A stretch of 62,798 bases of DNA, counting the filler, from Dugesia japonica (taxonomy: Eukaryota), in assembly GCA_001938525.1 (NCBI GenBank). It is 4 parts of 4 records of this genome, joined end to end, with 100 filler letters (N's around TTAATTAATTAA, not from the genome) between each part and the next. Parts side by side here need not be neighbours in the genome. Positions count along the whole stretch, not along the records: positions 1 to 14,846 come from MQRL01642590.1; positions 14,947 to 25,331 come from MQRL01548672.1; positions 25,432 to 52,065 come from MQRL01532797.1; 1 more part is not named here. One strand, given 5' to 3'. Numbering within the stretch: the first letter of the stretch is position 1; the number at the start of each line of letters is the position of its first letter. Of the stretch, positions 12,317 through 27,184 are shown piece by piece. The translations under genes and the position numbers were made by a program. The notes under the pieces are model-generated. The model ran no database searches and was not told where the DNA came from. It saw nothing but the letters and a program-made list of their open reading frames with translations.

Positions 12317-14680
12317 GTTAGATTTTATAATTCAAAAGTAGACATTTTCAAAGTTTATTAATATATAAAAAACAATAATATTTAAACAAATATGTTTAAA
12401 TACTATATCTAACAGTAACAATAGAATATCTAGAAAGTTGAAATCGCATGGTATTGCAGTCATAAAGTTTCTAGATGTTCTCAATAAATTATTAAATATT
12501 AAAAAACAATAATAATATTTGTAATTATTAATATATTTAATAAATTGACGTCCATCGTATCATATTGATAAAGTTTGTTGATTATTGCAATAAACGGATA
12601 GATAGTATAATACAATTTAACTTAAATTGATTTAAACAAAAATTATAATAATTCGAACTCATTTAAACAAAAATGTCATAAAAATCAATTAATTAAAGCA
12701 AAAATGATTATTACGTAACCAATATATAACCATAACGCCATAAACACACACACATAAACATTAAGACTAATCAAATTACCGAAAACGAGTGTTTGGTCAA
12801 TCAAATTGAATCCCCTAAACCTTTTCTACTTACGGGTGGGGGTGGCCCCATGCGCTACTATCCATATATTACTCATTATAATTGAAATGAAACAAATTTA
12901 TTTATAAATAACTTTTGTAACTTAACATGAATGAATCAGAGAAGCAATACCTAATGACAAAAATTAGAGACGTAATCGAAATTTGTAATGATTTACGCTT
13001 TTAACTTATAATTAAGACGTTAGGATTTCAGTTTAAGCCTGAAAAGAAATAATTTCTTGATTCACTTGATTAGTTTTGGTGAAATAAAAATAACAACTAA
13101 GATCGTATTATTATAGATGTCTATAAATTATTGATAAAAATATTTTGAAATCACAATTTGAGTAACTACTTTAATTTGATATTTTAAAATATTCATATGA
13201 TTAGTTGAAATTATATAAATGAATTAACTTTGACTTTGTTGTACTACTGATAATTTATCAAAATTAATTGGAAATCAATCAATATATTCATCAATAATTT
13301 ATCTAATATTCCATGTGATTATTAGTTAAATAGCATTAATAGATTTATTATAAATCGTTTTACTAATCTATTTTGAAAATCTTATAATAAAATAAACTTA
13401 ATAGAAAATACAACTTTTTACCAGTTAATAACGAAAAATTATTTTCATTAAGACAATAGTCAAAAATTTGAACAGCTAAAAACTAAGAAAAAAAATTGAT
13501 TGAAGTTTTTAATTTAACTTAATAAGTATAATTGTATTTATCAATTTATCAAATAAAATTTAAAATATTATAAAGTAACATAAAATAAATAATACTTTTG
13601 AGCATCTTTAAAATATCCGTTAACACTGAATAAATATGGCAATATTGATTTAGATAATATAAAATTAATAACTAACTAGGCAATGTGTAATTCGATGAAG
13701 GACATTCTGGAATAATACAAAAATCAATATTTTAACAATCATTTTTATATTACGCTGACAAGCATTAATAATATTATCGCATCGTTCATCTCCTACACAA
13801 GTTTCGATTAAGAATCAACTGAATTTATAATATTACAACCTTTTTTTACACAAACTTCTTCAAAATTACTACAAGTTGAATCGAATAATATAAATGGATT
13901 ATTTCTATGACATTTTGACAAAGGATTTTCACAATGAGAAATATCAATAAAAAACAAAAAATGTATAAATATGAATTTATTGAAATTAATAACAATCATA
14001 AATTCTTTGCAAAACGAATTATTGGAGGTCAATATTGATCAGTTAAAACAAATTGTATCCACGTTAAAAATTTTAATTGCAAATTATTTCAAACTAAGTT
14101 TTTCTAAAAAATTTTCAAATAAGCTGCTTTATTTTATATTTTATTTAATGCAAAACTTTTCCAATGATTTATAGACAATTTATTGTTTTAGTAAGTGAAA
14201 AGCTAATAATCAATTGCAAATATTGATTTATAATTGATTACATTTGTTTAGCAGAAAATTTGTCAACTTCCTTATTTTTTCTTCCGTTTGTAGACTTTTC
14301 CTAATATCAATTCCACTATAGTTACTCATATTAAAAGCTTTTACTCTCGGAATTTGACAATTTAATTAACTTTTTACCAACCCATACAGATTCCTTCTTA
14401 GAGTAAGAGTTTTAAAGTTATTCATTACAATACAAATAATTCGATCTCAACCAATTTCTGGTTTTTCTCTTACAATATTTATTATCAATTCTGTCACATT
14501 TCTTTATTGAACTTTTATTTCTTTTTATTTCTATTTCATCTATGTTTTCCATTGTATACCTTGATTTATTAAAAATTTTAGTAATATAATTATTTATTTA
14601 TTTGAATGCGATCCAATACACAGGATTTAAACAAATATTTACTGATCATTTCATACACATTCACATTTATAATCCATATA

Positions 14681-14846
14681 AGTAGTAGGATATGAGGACA
14701 CCAGGACAAAGTAGGTCAAAGGGGGGCGAGGGGTCCCCCGTTGCCACGGTAACCGTTGCCATGGCAACCAAGAAGTAGGTTAAGGTGATTGGTTACCATA
14801 AATTGTTTTTAACTTTAATTAATTTCAATTTAAAGAGATTTGACTG
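14681..14846 (+). repeat. GC-rich segment starting AGTAGT, possible Polinton terminus, with two RFX X-box-like palindromes
   Basis: AGTAGTAGG start; GTTGCCACGGTAAC (14740-14753) and GTTGCCATGGCAAC (14755-14768); truncated by a gap. Confidence 0.4.
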
Positions 14847-15438
14847 NNNNNNNNNNNNNNNNNNNNNNNNNNNNNNNNNNNNNNNNNNNNTTAATTAATT
14901 AANNNNNNNNNNNNNNNNNNNNNNNNNNNNNNNNNNNNNNNNNNNNAGATTTAATAAAAATTTTAGTAAAGTCGTAAAAATTGAATAATATGATTTTAAT
15001 TTCTCTATTTGAATAATTATACAATTTAGAGTAAAATGTTTAATGACCTTAAATTAAATTTTGACTAAGGACTCAATCAAAATTTTCGACTATTAGAGAT
15101 ATCTATTTCTGCATATACTAAACTAAATATAAATTTTATATTATATTTATTTATTATTTTCATATTAAAAAATTACCTTTCAACCGGAGTTCGGTGGTGA
15201 CCGCCAAAATTTTATATTTGAGAAATATTCCCGACAACTAAAAAAGGCTGCCTACCCCTTGTTTATATGTTATAAGTATTTTAACTTTAATGAAAAATAA
15301 TTAATTTAGTGTATAATAAAGTTGTTAATGATCTAAGGATTATATACAAGATTTTACCTACGTTTTCGTGATGATGTATTAAAATTAAATATTTAAAGTT
15401 TAATTTCAACTTTCTGATTTTTTTTCAACAAAAAAAAT

Positions 15439-15592
15439 GAATTCATTAAATAAAAGCTTCGAACAAAATTTGTTTTTTTGGTTTTTGATATTATCTTAAC
15501 AAATTTTGATCAAAGCTTTTATTTTAATGAATTCTGAAAAACTATCAATGGTTACGGCCAACAATTATTCTTGCAATAATTGCAATTGTAAA
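15439..15592. repeat. Foldback family copy B (opposite orientation, short palindrome)
   Basis: Arms 15439-15474 / 15498-15534, then the reverse-complement tail ...GGTTACGGCCAACAATTATTCTTGCAATAATTGCAATTGTAA. Confidence 0.8.
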
Positions 15593-18079
15593 AAATAAAT
15601 AAATGAAGTTTAATGAACAATTGCAATACAAAAATTGCAAACATGCATATTTTCAGACACTTACGTCTTGCTGTTTCACAAAATAAATTTCAAAAAACTT
15701 TAGCAGTGAATTTTTTAAGAGAAATAGTACATCGACCAACATTTTAATATTTTTGTTATATCATAAGGTTATTTTTATGATATAGCATCCATCACTTTTA
15801 CTTTTTTTCAAGACTTCCATCTTTATTATAGAAAAAAACCATTAAAAAGGAAAGACATTCGACCATATTTTGAAATATCAGTCTTGCTTTAATTCTCTTG
15901 AAGAGCTTTAACTAATCTTTGACTCGTCCATTGTCAAAAAGTAGGTAAATACTGTAGCACTACTGCACACCTTCTTCCTCCTCACGGGAACAGATACCAA
16001 GTAAGGAACAGAATGTAACATGTTTTCGTGTTGGAAAAATGTATTTTGTTTTAATTATTAAAAAATGTTAAATCAGATCAATTAAAAAAACAATGCTTTT
16101 GTTCTAATCGGATCGGGAACGGTATCCATGCACATGGAAAGTACAGGTGCACAATTTGGTGCCATTTTTATTTTGATGTGCCAAATTTAGTAATCGATAT
16201 TCATGAAAAATCGTTTACATACTCATTGCATTGTGCACTTATTGATTCTCACTATTTTGAAGAGATTATGTTATGAATTGAGGTCAGACCAAAAAACTGT
16301 TTCTACATTGCCTAAAGGACTTTTGTTGAAATATGTTCGGTTCTCAATATAAATGGAACTGGCGCTATAACTTAGCTGATGATGGTAGTAATAATAATTC
16401 GATTGTTGTAAATTTGATGTTGTTAGAATGGGAATGAAATGGTAAATAAGTCTAAGTTATTAAAAAAAAATTTTATCAATGTTTTAATTAATAATTATCA
16501 AAATCGTTATAAAACATTGTATAGAGAAATTTTTACATTACATTATTTATTTTTTGATTTTATCAAAGGTGTGATTAAAAATCATGAATATAATATTTAA
16601 AAGAATGTTTTTTAAAAAATATTTCTTCCCTTAAAAAAGAATTTTAAAAAGAATTTTAAATTTTTTTTAAAACATCTTGTACATCCATCAATTTTAGAAA
16701 ATATAGATTTGAATCCTACACCATTAAAGTTGCAATGAAACACTGAATATTCATTGTCTAAAGGACTAGTAAAGAAAAATGTTTTCCTCCCATCGAAAAG
16801 CATATAAAAACAGATATGTGAAAACATATATGATACTATTGAATATATACTTTTTTGTTTTAATGCGAATTTTGAAAGAATTGATCTATTGTCTGTAACT
16901 ATTATCCGTTTGGGTCAGGTTTGAAATTTTTGGATGCGTAATGAGATGACAGATAATACTGTTATTTATAAAAATAAAAATTATTTTTGCAAATGTTTTT
17001 TTCTATGCATATTCTTTGATCACAGGGTGGCTTCCCGCTCATAAAATACCTAGTTAATTTAAATATATAAACCTTGGTAAATATATTAAACAAGGATTGG
17101 TGATTATGTTTATAAAAAATAAGGTTCTTATAATTTTTTAAGGGATTTGATCACAAATCGTCTTTTGAAAATAGAAGTTTTAAAAGTGAGTGTGCGACCA
17201 ATGAAAATCACTTTAGCTAAAAAATTGTTTTTGGTAGACTTTAGAGTGTAAAAACCATCTTGAAAACTTTTTATTTGCGTACATATTTTAAAGGTTTTCT
17301 TTTTTTCAGGTGTATGTATTAATTTTAAATAGATTTTCTTAATAATACTAAATTATATTGATCAAAATTTTTGCAATCCTCCAGTCAAATAAACATTGTC
17401 TAACTATAGTTTTCAATAAGTTTCAATTAATAATAATATAACTTATATATTTTTAGTATTTATTATGTCGAAATTTGTACTAACAAAACGCAATTTGCGG
17501 GAAGCAAATATTTGTAATTATATATAATCTTAATAATAAACCCCCAATTCACTCACTAACTCACTCTGGAACACATCAGTGAAACAAAATGTTCTAAATC
17601 TTAAGCTTATGTTGGGCTGGAACAGCCACAAATTTACAAGAAGTAGAAAGCAACAATTGCGTGAAAGAATTAAATAAAGATCTTGAAAATCAAATGTTCA
17701 AACAAATTTAGTGCATTAATGATAATAATCGAAAGAATCCATAAGAAAATATTAACAAAATTGTTTAGAAATAATTAATAAAATATTACTCAGGGATAAA
17801 AGAAAAAAAGATATATTCAATTGGAAATTAACAAGAACTAAGGAAATAAAATAAAACAGAGAAATTTATAAATTAAATACTGATACCGAAAAAAAGGAAA
17901 AGAAATAAAATAATAAAGTACAACGCACATGATGGATTATTAATCAAACGAATTAATTAAAATAGATTTAAACATGAAATACCAACAAAATTCACATAAT
18001 TTAATAAAAAAATTGAAAAGAGAATTAAAATAAAAACGTTGAAATGGAAAACTGGGCCGAAATAATATAACAGATTAGT

Positions 18080-18520
18080 ATTAGGGGTATGCATAAGTTC
18101 ACATAGCTGATGTATATGTTGAATTTAAGTAATATTAATAATAATATAACATCTAAAAATTTGTATTTTGTTTAAATAAGTCAATATTAATTATTTTTAT
18201 AGCATTAATTTGATAATTAATTTAAGTTTATCAAATCATTTGCAGAAATTATAATGGAAGTAGATAAAATGCATATAGGCCACTGCATGTTGTTTCTGTT
18301 TAATCAGAACAAAACATCAGCTGAAGCAATTAGAATCATTTGCAATACATATGGTGATGGAGCAATAGCCGAGAGCTCATGTCGTCAATGGCTTCGACGC
18401 TTCAAAAGTCGTGATTTTGATTTGAACGATAAAGAACGCATTGGGCGGCCACATGAGATGAGTTTGGATGACTTGAAAGCACTTTTGAAAGAAAATTCTA
18501 AAAGTTTTTCAACAATATAG
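18080..18520 (+). mobile_element. Mariner transposon 5' remnant (HTH domain)
   Basis: ORF 18254-18520 MLFLFNQNKTSAEAIRIICNTYGDGAIAESSCRQWLRRFKSRDFDLNDKERIGRP (Mos1-type HTH); TIR-like TTAGGGGTATGCATAAGTT near 18081. Confidence 0.85.
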
Positions 18521-20066
18521 ACAGCTAATGTATTGGATGAGCACTGTGTCTTGTCAGTAAAATAATAATTAAATAATCTGTAAAAATGAAATGACACACG
18601 GTCAATCATAAAATTCATAAAGTAGAAAAAACAAAACTAAAGTAGTATCTACTGATTATTTGTCAAAAATTGACGATACAGTAGGATATATAAGGAAACA
18701 CAAGAATCACAGAATTAATCTCTCATTTTTTCTCTAAAAATTTGAAATTTTGAGAATAAAAGATATTGTGACCATTTATATCGCTACCATGATTGGAAAG
18801 AAAAGTAAACTTATTATTGATTATTTCTTTGCATAATTTGAAAATAATAATTGAGATGCGTGAATAATGGTGTTCATGAATTGTAAGTTATATTGGCAAC
18901 GACAATTTCCCTGTTCTATCGGCATTCTTCGAGATCATCCACTGAATGAACATTACCTGAGTAGTAAAAAAATATTAAATGAAAATTAATTGAGTATAAG
19001 ATAAATACTGAATGAACATTACATAAGTGTTAGACGAACATTAAATGAATATGAAATAAGTATGAACATCACATGAGCATCAGACGAATNNNNNNNNNNN
19101 NNNNNNNNNNNNNNNNNNNNNNNNNNNNNNNNNNNNNNNNNNNNNNNNNNNNNNNNNNNNNNNNATAAAGGTAAATCAAATCGTAATAAGAAATGAGTTG
19201 ATTATGCTATAAAATCTACAACAATGCTATTCTTTACGATGAACTTTAAGTATCGAGTAAGAAAAAGTTATTTAATAAAAGAGTGGAAGGATAGAATTTA
19301 GGTTATGGTTAAGTTCATCCTAATTCTCTAAATGAATTATATTAATTTTATGGCATTATGTTATGATAATTTACAATGATTGAAACCTATTAGCTCTTTT
19401 ATCTTTTATAACCTTTGCAAAAATTTTATGACTTTATTTGAAAATATCACTATTAATTCATCATGCTGTGTTTATTTTTGTTAATTGTTTTATCGGAATC
19501 ATAATATTAATATATTTATAATTCATTTTAATTAGTTGATATATCACCACTTGAATTTTTATTATAATCCCTTTATATTCTCATCATTTCAATTATCGAT
19601 TTACAATTTGGCTGTGTTATAATTATAATGTTATAATGTTAATTTATTCATTAATGTTATAAACTTATTAGTATCTTTAGTTTAATGTTTATGTTCTTGA
19701 ATAATGTGTTTTTAATTAAATCAGGTTTTACTAACACGAGTTGAAATAGTAAAGAGAAGAGCAATGAAGACGAATCTTCCTCGTGAATAAATTAATAGCA
19801 ATGGTTTCTTTGTAATATGTCGATGTGATGGTCTTCGAATGATACGATAATCATTTAGATAGTCATTCGCCATACTTATAACGTTGGATATATCTTTTGT
19901 TTATGAATTTCAGAACTAAATTAAAGCAAATAACTAAAAAGAAATTTAAATGATAAAAAATTAAAGAAAATATGATTGAAGAACCCTCTTTAATTTTGAT
20001 TGTGACTAGTGAGTAGACAACTAGCTTATACCTGTTAAATTTCTTACCGAAACTTGCATGTTGAAG

Positions 20067-20616
20067 TGAAATATAAATAAAACTTTAGTTATGTATGTTG
20101 TTTTAAGAGCATGTAACAATGAGCAACAATGAAATANATAAGTCGATATAATAGGTATAGAAAGATGGAACTGTAGCCACAAAGATGAAATTTCAAGGCG
20201 GGATACCGCATAGTCCTGTGTGGACTCATGATAGATGTCACAATGCACGAGGTATTGTCAAATTTCTGCCAACTTCGGAGTATATACCCCTAGAATTTCT
20301 AAAAATAGAGAACACATAAAGAAGGACAGATTAAATATAAATATAAATGAAATATAAATAAAACTTTAGTTATGTATGTTGTTTTAAGAGCATGTAACAA
20401 TGAGCAACAATGAAATAAATAAGTCGATATAATAGGTATAGAAAGATGGAACTGTAGCCACAAAGATGAAATTTCAAGGCGGGATACCGCATAGTCCTGT
20501 GTGGACTCATGATAGATGTCACAATGCACGAGGTATTGTCAAATTTCTGCCAACTTCGGAGTATATACCCCTAGAATTTCTAAAAATAGAGAACACATAA
20601 AGAAGGACAGATTAAA
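20067..20616. repeat. Tandem direct duplication (~269 bp unit, period 281)
   Basis: 20067-20335 equals 20348-20616 apart from one N. Confidence 0.9.
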
Positions 20617-20789
20617 GAATAAAAGCAAAGAAAAAGTGTCTAGAAAGAATTATTAACTTTAAAACGTCGAAGCCCAACACTAATAAATCTTAAGCGTATA
20701 AATTTTTTGCGTTATCATAAGCTTATAGATTTTAAGCTTATAAAGTTGGAAATTTTGAGCTTATAAATCTTAATTTATATGCTTGAAAT

Positions 20790-20895
20790 TTTCCAGTAAT
20801 CGTGGCATTCTCTATGACCATTCATAAGACCCAAGACCAATCATTTGATAAGGTTGGCATGTATTTGCTTGAATCAGTTTTCGCTCATGGTCGAG
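20790..20895 (+). pseudogene. Helitron PIF1-type helicase fragment
   Basis: FPVIVAFSMTIHKTQDQSFDKVGMYLLESVFAHG matches the PIF1/Helitron motif FPxxxAFAMTINKSQGQxFxxVGxYLxxxVFSHGQ. Confidence 0.8.
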
Positions 20896-23288
20896 TCCAC
20901 TTTGATGATACTTAAGTTAAATAAATTTTCGGGCAAATATTATTGGTATGTAGTACTGCAAAAAAAGGAATTTTCGTAATTAAATTATATTACTTTTAAT
21001 AATCTCGTAATAATAACCTTATTTTCGACCAAATGATGAGTCAAAATTAATACGGATCCCAAAAAATAGCAGGAATACGGATAATTATCAGAATAGCATT
21101 AATAGCGTCAGTAATGATAACAATCTTAATAAGAGTGGTAATGGTAACTATGTAGATAATGATCCTAATAGTTAAACTGGTAGGAATAGTCATCCTAAAA
21201 ATAATCATATAGGAGCAATAAATTAACGACTTAATAATGTATTACCGCCCAGTATGGAGGTAGTTAAGCAGTGCCGGAAATTTCTTGAAAGGGTACTAAG
21301 TTCCTTGATGAAATACATTTAACTCAATAATATGTGGTTAGAACTAATCAATGGGCATCATGAATTGAGGGAACGTAATCCATAATTAGTTCTTGACTGA
21401 CTTATCAGAAGACGATCGATTTAGTTACAGACAAAGTCGATGAATGCTAAAATGGATAAGTAATCATTGAAAATAACTAAATAGATGCATTGCACCAAAG
21501 AGAACAATATTGAAATAAGAACCTGAACCAAAGAGATACGACCATACACTCGAACTATGGGTTGCGAGTCCCCAAATCTATTTTGAAGATATAGATTAGA
21601 ATCGCTAAATTAAATTCTTTGTGTGGTTTTACCAGTCCATTTTACTCAATGACATTGATTAAAATTGAGCTGCTTAAGTTTAATCTTAACAATATTTTGA
21701 ATTTGGGCAAATTGTTATGGATTCACTTAGTTTTGATGATTTATATATTCAAAAAAATATATAAAATGGCTAATAAAAAAATGTTTATTATATCTTTAAA
21801 CTAGTATTTGTTGAGACAACAATGTCATCTTCCTAGACTTATAAACAAAATAGATATAATTGCTTATATATTTGAAACATGCAACTATAGCATAATACGT
21901 AAAACGTATTAGCCAAATAAGTTTTAATCTAAACGACCAATTGATAAAAGATTTTTATTTTTCAATCAAAATTTATTTTCTTGGGTTGGTTCAATGTGAA
22001 TGTGAATCTGCATTTGTATGCATAAAAGTAATAAAATTTCAACTCCTCACTAGCCTTACAAATGATCATTTAGAAAAATGTTTAAGAAATGATTAAGAAA
22101 AATAAAGTCTTAGTTTTGATAATCGCACATGAATTACGTTGTGGTCTGCTGTAAATGAAATTGAATTAAATCAGTGATTTTGTGAATTTAAAATTAATCA
22201 TTTATTTTAATCATTAAATATTGTTTTTCAAGGATAGTCGATCCTGACTAAAATTTCTATGACAAAATAAATCACTTTTAAAATATTTAGTTCAGACCTG
22301 TTATTCGAATCATTTAAAAAATTTAACGTGGTTCTAGAACAAAGTGAACTATTAATTACACTTTATATACTATTCTTGTTAAAATTTATGTTCAATCTGT
22401 TGGATAACAATAAATCATATCGATTATATTGATGAAAATTTATGACACTTTATGATAAGAATATCAAAGCACGAAGTAAATCAGTACACATAATTAGTAT
22501 AATTGTCTTCTTTTGTTGATATTACGTTAGTTTCTCGATAATTATTACATTTTCCATTCGAGATCGATTGTTTCAGTGCCAAAATCATCATAGTTTTTAC
22601 ATAGCAAACTTATTATATACTTAAATAATTTTCTTTGCAATTTAGTATATTTAATCTATTAAATTATTCAGAAAAATTATGTCATCAATTAATTATGTCA
22701 TCAAAACAAATTTCCAAAATTAGTAATTACTAATGTTTTCTTTAACTGGGATATCAAAATAATTTACAACACGAAATTAAACACGTGCTTATTATTTACA
22801 TAAGCTATTTCATAATCAGTCCTTTCCTGAATTTCATCAAGGAAACCAGGAATATATTTACTATTTCGAATTGCACACATAAGAACCAACACCTCATTCA
22901 TCTTACACTACAATTATTTGAGACAAAAACAGCCTCACTGTTTCAGTCATTTGACACTTATGTCAACAAACTAAGAGTTCGTACACACAAATGTGTCCCG
23001 CGTTTTATTCGAAGTAACTATAGAAACGATTGTTGTTTCATTGGCATTGTGTATTGAAAGAAGACATATGCCTCAAAAACAAAAACGAAAACAATCGGCG
23101 ATGTTTATTCAATTAATTTATTACAAAGGAAATCAATATTATAATTCCACGAATATGATGAATTAAAACAACTTTTATTTCAATTATAACAATTCAAGTA
23201 TTGAAAGATAATTCTAAATATCAATTGATTGGCAATATAAAATGACTAAACATAGAAATTATGATTTTTTATGTAATATTTCAAGTTC

Positions 23289-23332
<44 letters not shown>

Positions 23333-26300
23333 CAAAATGTATTTATCAAACAAAATTTTAACATTAACATAAACCATTTGATAAGTATACATAAAATGGC
23401 AAATAAAAATATGGAGTGCACATCATCAATTCAAATTGGTTTGTACATAACTGTTGATACAAATTTCTGTCGATACCTTGCAATTGCACTTAATACAATT
23501 ACTCCATCCTAAAAATAAAAACGTAGACAAATTAAAATAGAATAGAATCCCTTATTCTTATATTAATAATGAAACATTGAAAAGATATGATGTACAATAT
23601 CAACATCCGCAATTATTAATTTTTCGATATTTCTCAAATAAAACTAAAAAATTCCCATATGTAGATTTTTACGGAAGCAGCCGTACAAAATAGGATTTCT
23701 AATTAGTAACCCGGCAAAATTAATCAATCCTTAATACAGTAGAGCCCAAAGTAATTTTGAGATCGATCAAGTAAAATAGGTTATAAGAAAACATATTCCA
23801 AGAGTTGACTTCATTCACCAAATTCTTGCATGAAAACAAAAAGTAAAGACTTAGAAAAATATCTTAAAATAATAATGAGTTATATAACAGTTTGTATGGT
23901 TAAATAACCGTGTATCACCAGTGATACAATGAGCTATGCTGGGTTTAAATAAATCTCGACTCGCTAAATTTAACAAAAAATTAACATTTTTTTAAAATAT
24001 ACAAAAAGAATCAAATTTATGAAAACAGATAAAAGTAGTCATGAAAATAAAATTAAAAAGAATAAAGGCCAAAGAAAGGTTTGTCTTATGAATTAGAAGT
24101 ATTTTCTAAATAGTAAAAGAAAAGAAACAAACACAAATTTTCAACATGATTAGGAAATATGCTTTAGGTATTAATATTTTTTTAATGTTAAATTGTGCGT
24201 TAGAAATTGGATGTAGAAGTGGATTGAAAAATTTCGAACTCTAATTTCTGTAACAAGAAAAACTTAGAAGATAAAGAATGATTAGAGTAAAAAATTCAAA
24301 TGGATAATAAATACAAATGCTCATTATAAAAGAAAATACAAGAAATATGTCATTAATTAAAAATATGGAGGGAAATTTATTAACAGAAGTTTTGAATATA
24401 TTAGTTAGAAATTAAAGAAAATAATACGGAATATAAATGTTAGAAAAAATAGTTTATTTAGTATGTGATTAGTCAATAAATAGTATCGATTTGAATTTCA
24501 TTCTAACTCAATATAATTATGCATAAATTCCGAATAAATAAATATTTGATATAAAAAGTAATACTACAATGATCTATAACTGATTAATATTTTTCTAGAT
24601 ATTATTGATTAATTTACTATGTATATATTGATAATTAATTGATTATATTTGATTGAATTATATTTCTTTAACAAAACATTGATTAAAAGTGATTCAATCC
24701 GATGATAATTTCTTGTAATTTATTATTTGAATAATAAATTGATAAGATTACATGTTGAAATTGTGATATGAATCAGAGGTATATCGGGTTCTTTAAGATT
24801 ATTAGGAGTATAAAAGCCTGTACTAAGTGGAATGTATTGGACAGAGAAAGACAAATGAGAAACCAATTTTATAAATAACCATAAATATTCCAGTAAAAAT
24901 ATTTGATTGATATTATTAATTTGGCAACCAGCGACAATGAAATAACGATTTTCTATATTTATCGATGTAATTATTTTAGTAATTAAAGCTGATATTACAC
25001 TTTTATCTAAAAAAAATCTTAATAAAAACTGCATCCTCATAATCCAATATAGTATTCGTAATATGCGAAAGGATTTTGGTTTTTTTTNNNNNNNNNNNNN
25101 NNNNNNNNGATTTTGTCTAGATATCGTTGTAATAAATCCAACAATTTACCATAAGTAAAATTGTTTTGTTTGATTTTAATAAAAATCTCTAAAAAATATT
25201 AGTGTTAGATATAATATTTAAAAATATTATTTATTTAAATATTATTGATTTATTTAATTTTAATAAACTTTGAAAATGTCTACTTTTGTCATAGGTTCCA
25301 TTTTATTAATATCTAAAAAACTTTATAAAAANNNNNNNNNNNNNNNNNNNNNNNNNNNNNNNNNNNNNNNNNNNNTTAATTAATTAANNNNNNNNNNNNN
25401 NNNNNNNNNNNNNNNNNNNNNNNNNNNNNNNATTTAAAGTAACATAAATTATATATAAAAAAACACAAAATAAAATTTTTAAAAATTTTCAAAAAAAATA
25501 CAAAAATTTTAAAAAAATTCTAAGTATAATATATCTAAAATATCTAAAAGACGTTTCTGTATTAATTAAAAAAAAATTTTTGAAATTTTTTGAGTTGATT
25601 TAAAAATAAAAATTAAAATCCATAATTAAAATNNNNNNNNNNNNNNNNNNNNNNNNNNNNNNNNNNNNNNNNNNNNNNNNNNNNNNNNNNNNNNNNNNNN
25701 NNNNNNNNNNNNNNNNNNNNNNNNNNNNNNNNNNNNNNNNNNNCTTTTAACAAATACATTTTATATTGATCGAAGCTTTTTCTTATTTTAATGAAACAAC
25801 ATTTAAAAGGATTTTAACAATCTATTTGTTTGTAATAGAGTTCTATTCTGAGAATATTAATTTTAATCAATGAAATATACTTCATCAAAATGAAATGAAA
25901 ATCAGATAGTTATAACCACAATCAATAAATAAAAGAACCTTTGTAAGTTAATTTCATCGAAAAATTTGAATGTCGAATATTTACAAGTATTTTTCACGAA
26001 ACAAATTAAAATACTTAATACGTGTGTGTCATTTAAACTTTAAATGCAATATTTTTTTAACTTTAAAATCTTCTGACAAAAGTTTCCCAATATTTTTTTC
26101 TTTGAAGTGTGTTTCAATATCTAGAATTGGCACGGATCATTTAATAATTCGAAATTTTTTAAAAATTAATCTTATAAAATAACTTTTTTCATTGGCACAT
26201 TTTTGTAACTCAATAGAAAGAATTAATTTTTGTCTAGTTTAAAATTTCTTTTAGATGTTTTTTATCTATTTCAACTAAATCACTTATTAGTAGTTCATTC

Positions 26301-27184
26301 CACACTAGTTCCTGGAATATGTTGTTTATAAATTTAGATTTATAACAATACAATACAAAAATGGGAAATATTCAACTGGCTTATTTATTTAATTAAATTT
26401 TAAATAAACTTTAAAATTTTTTTTGTTAATTACTAAAATTAAAGGAAATTTCTGTCATTAACAGAAATTTAGTTTATTCGTTGCTGTTATTTGAAATTTT
26501 TTTTCTACTAGTTCGGCGCTTATTTCATTTATTTTCTGTTTATGGTTGTTTACAATTTTTGAAAAATTGTACTGACATTTGCTATCAGAATTAATTGATT
26601 TTGGATATTTTATAATTAAAAAGAATTTTCATCTTTTTCTATTATCTCAGTGCAAATATTTTATTTAATGTATTATAATAAAAAATCATTCACAAAAATA
26701 TTTATCGAAATAAAGATGTTAAATTTTTAAATAATCTTTGCAAATTAGTTTTACTATGATTGTTCTAGAAATGACTTAATTTGTTATNATATTTTTTTAA
26801 AAAATATTATTGGAGTAGGGAGATACTGACGCACTGGAACAACACACATTCAACTGACAGTTAAGGCATATTTATCAAAAGTAATTATTCAGTAAGAACC
26901 ACAAAGAATCACTTAGAGATATTGATTCAATCCATTCCATAAAATAGTACAGATCAAAGTGCATATCACAGTCTACAAATGCAATTACAAAATTAATTAC
27001 GACTTCAAATGCAACACTACTATATCAACTTTAATTCTTTTAAATATAATTAATCGAAACTTTCTCAAATACTATTGATAACAATTTTAAATTACAAAAA
27101 AATACCAATAAATAGGAGCATACTGGTGCCCTGGAACAGCACACATTCAATACCCCACCCCCGCTGACTTAACTTAAACCTGAG

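Noticed and set aside
14891-14902. TTAATTAATTAA between N runs (also 25376-25387 and 52110-52121)
   Set aside because: Identical six-frame-stop 12-mer embedded in gaps; an artificial scaffolding linker, not biology.
22785-25040. Short ORFs 22785-23057, 23261-23512, 24723-25040
   Set aside because: No recognisable motifs; composition matches AT-rich non-coding DNA.
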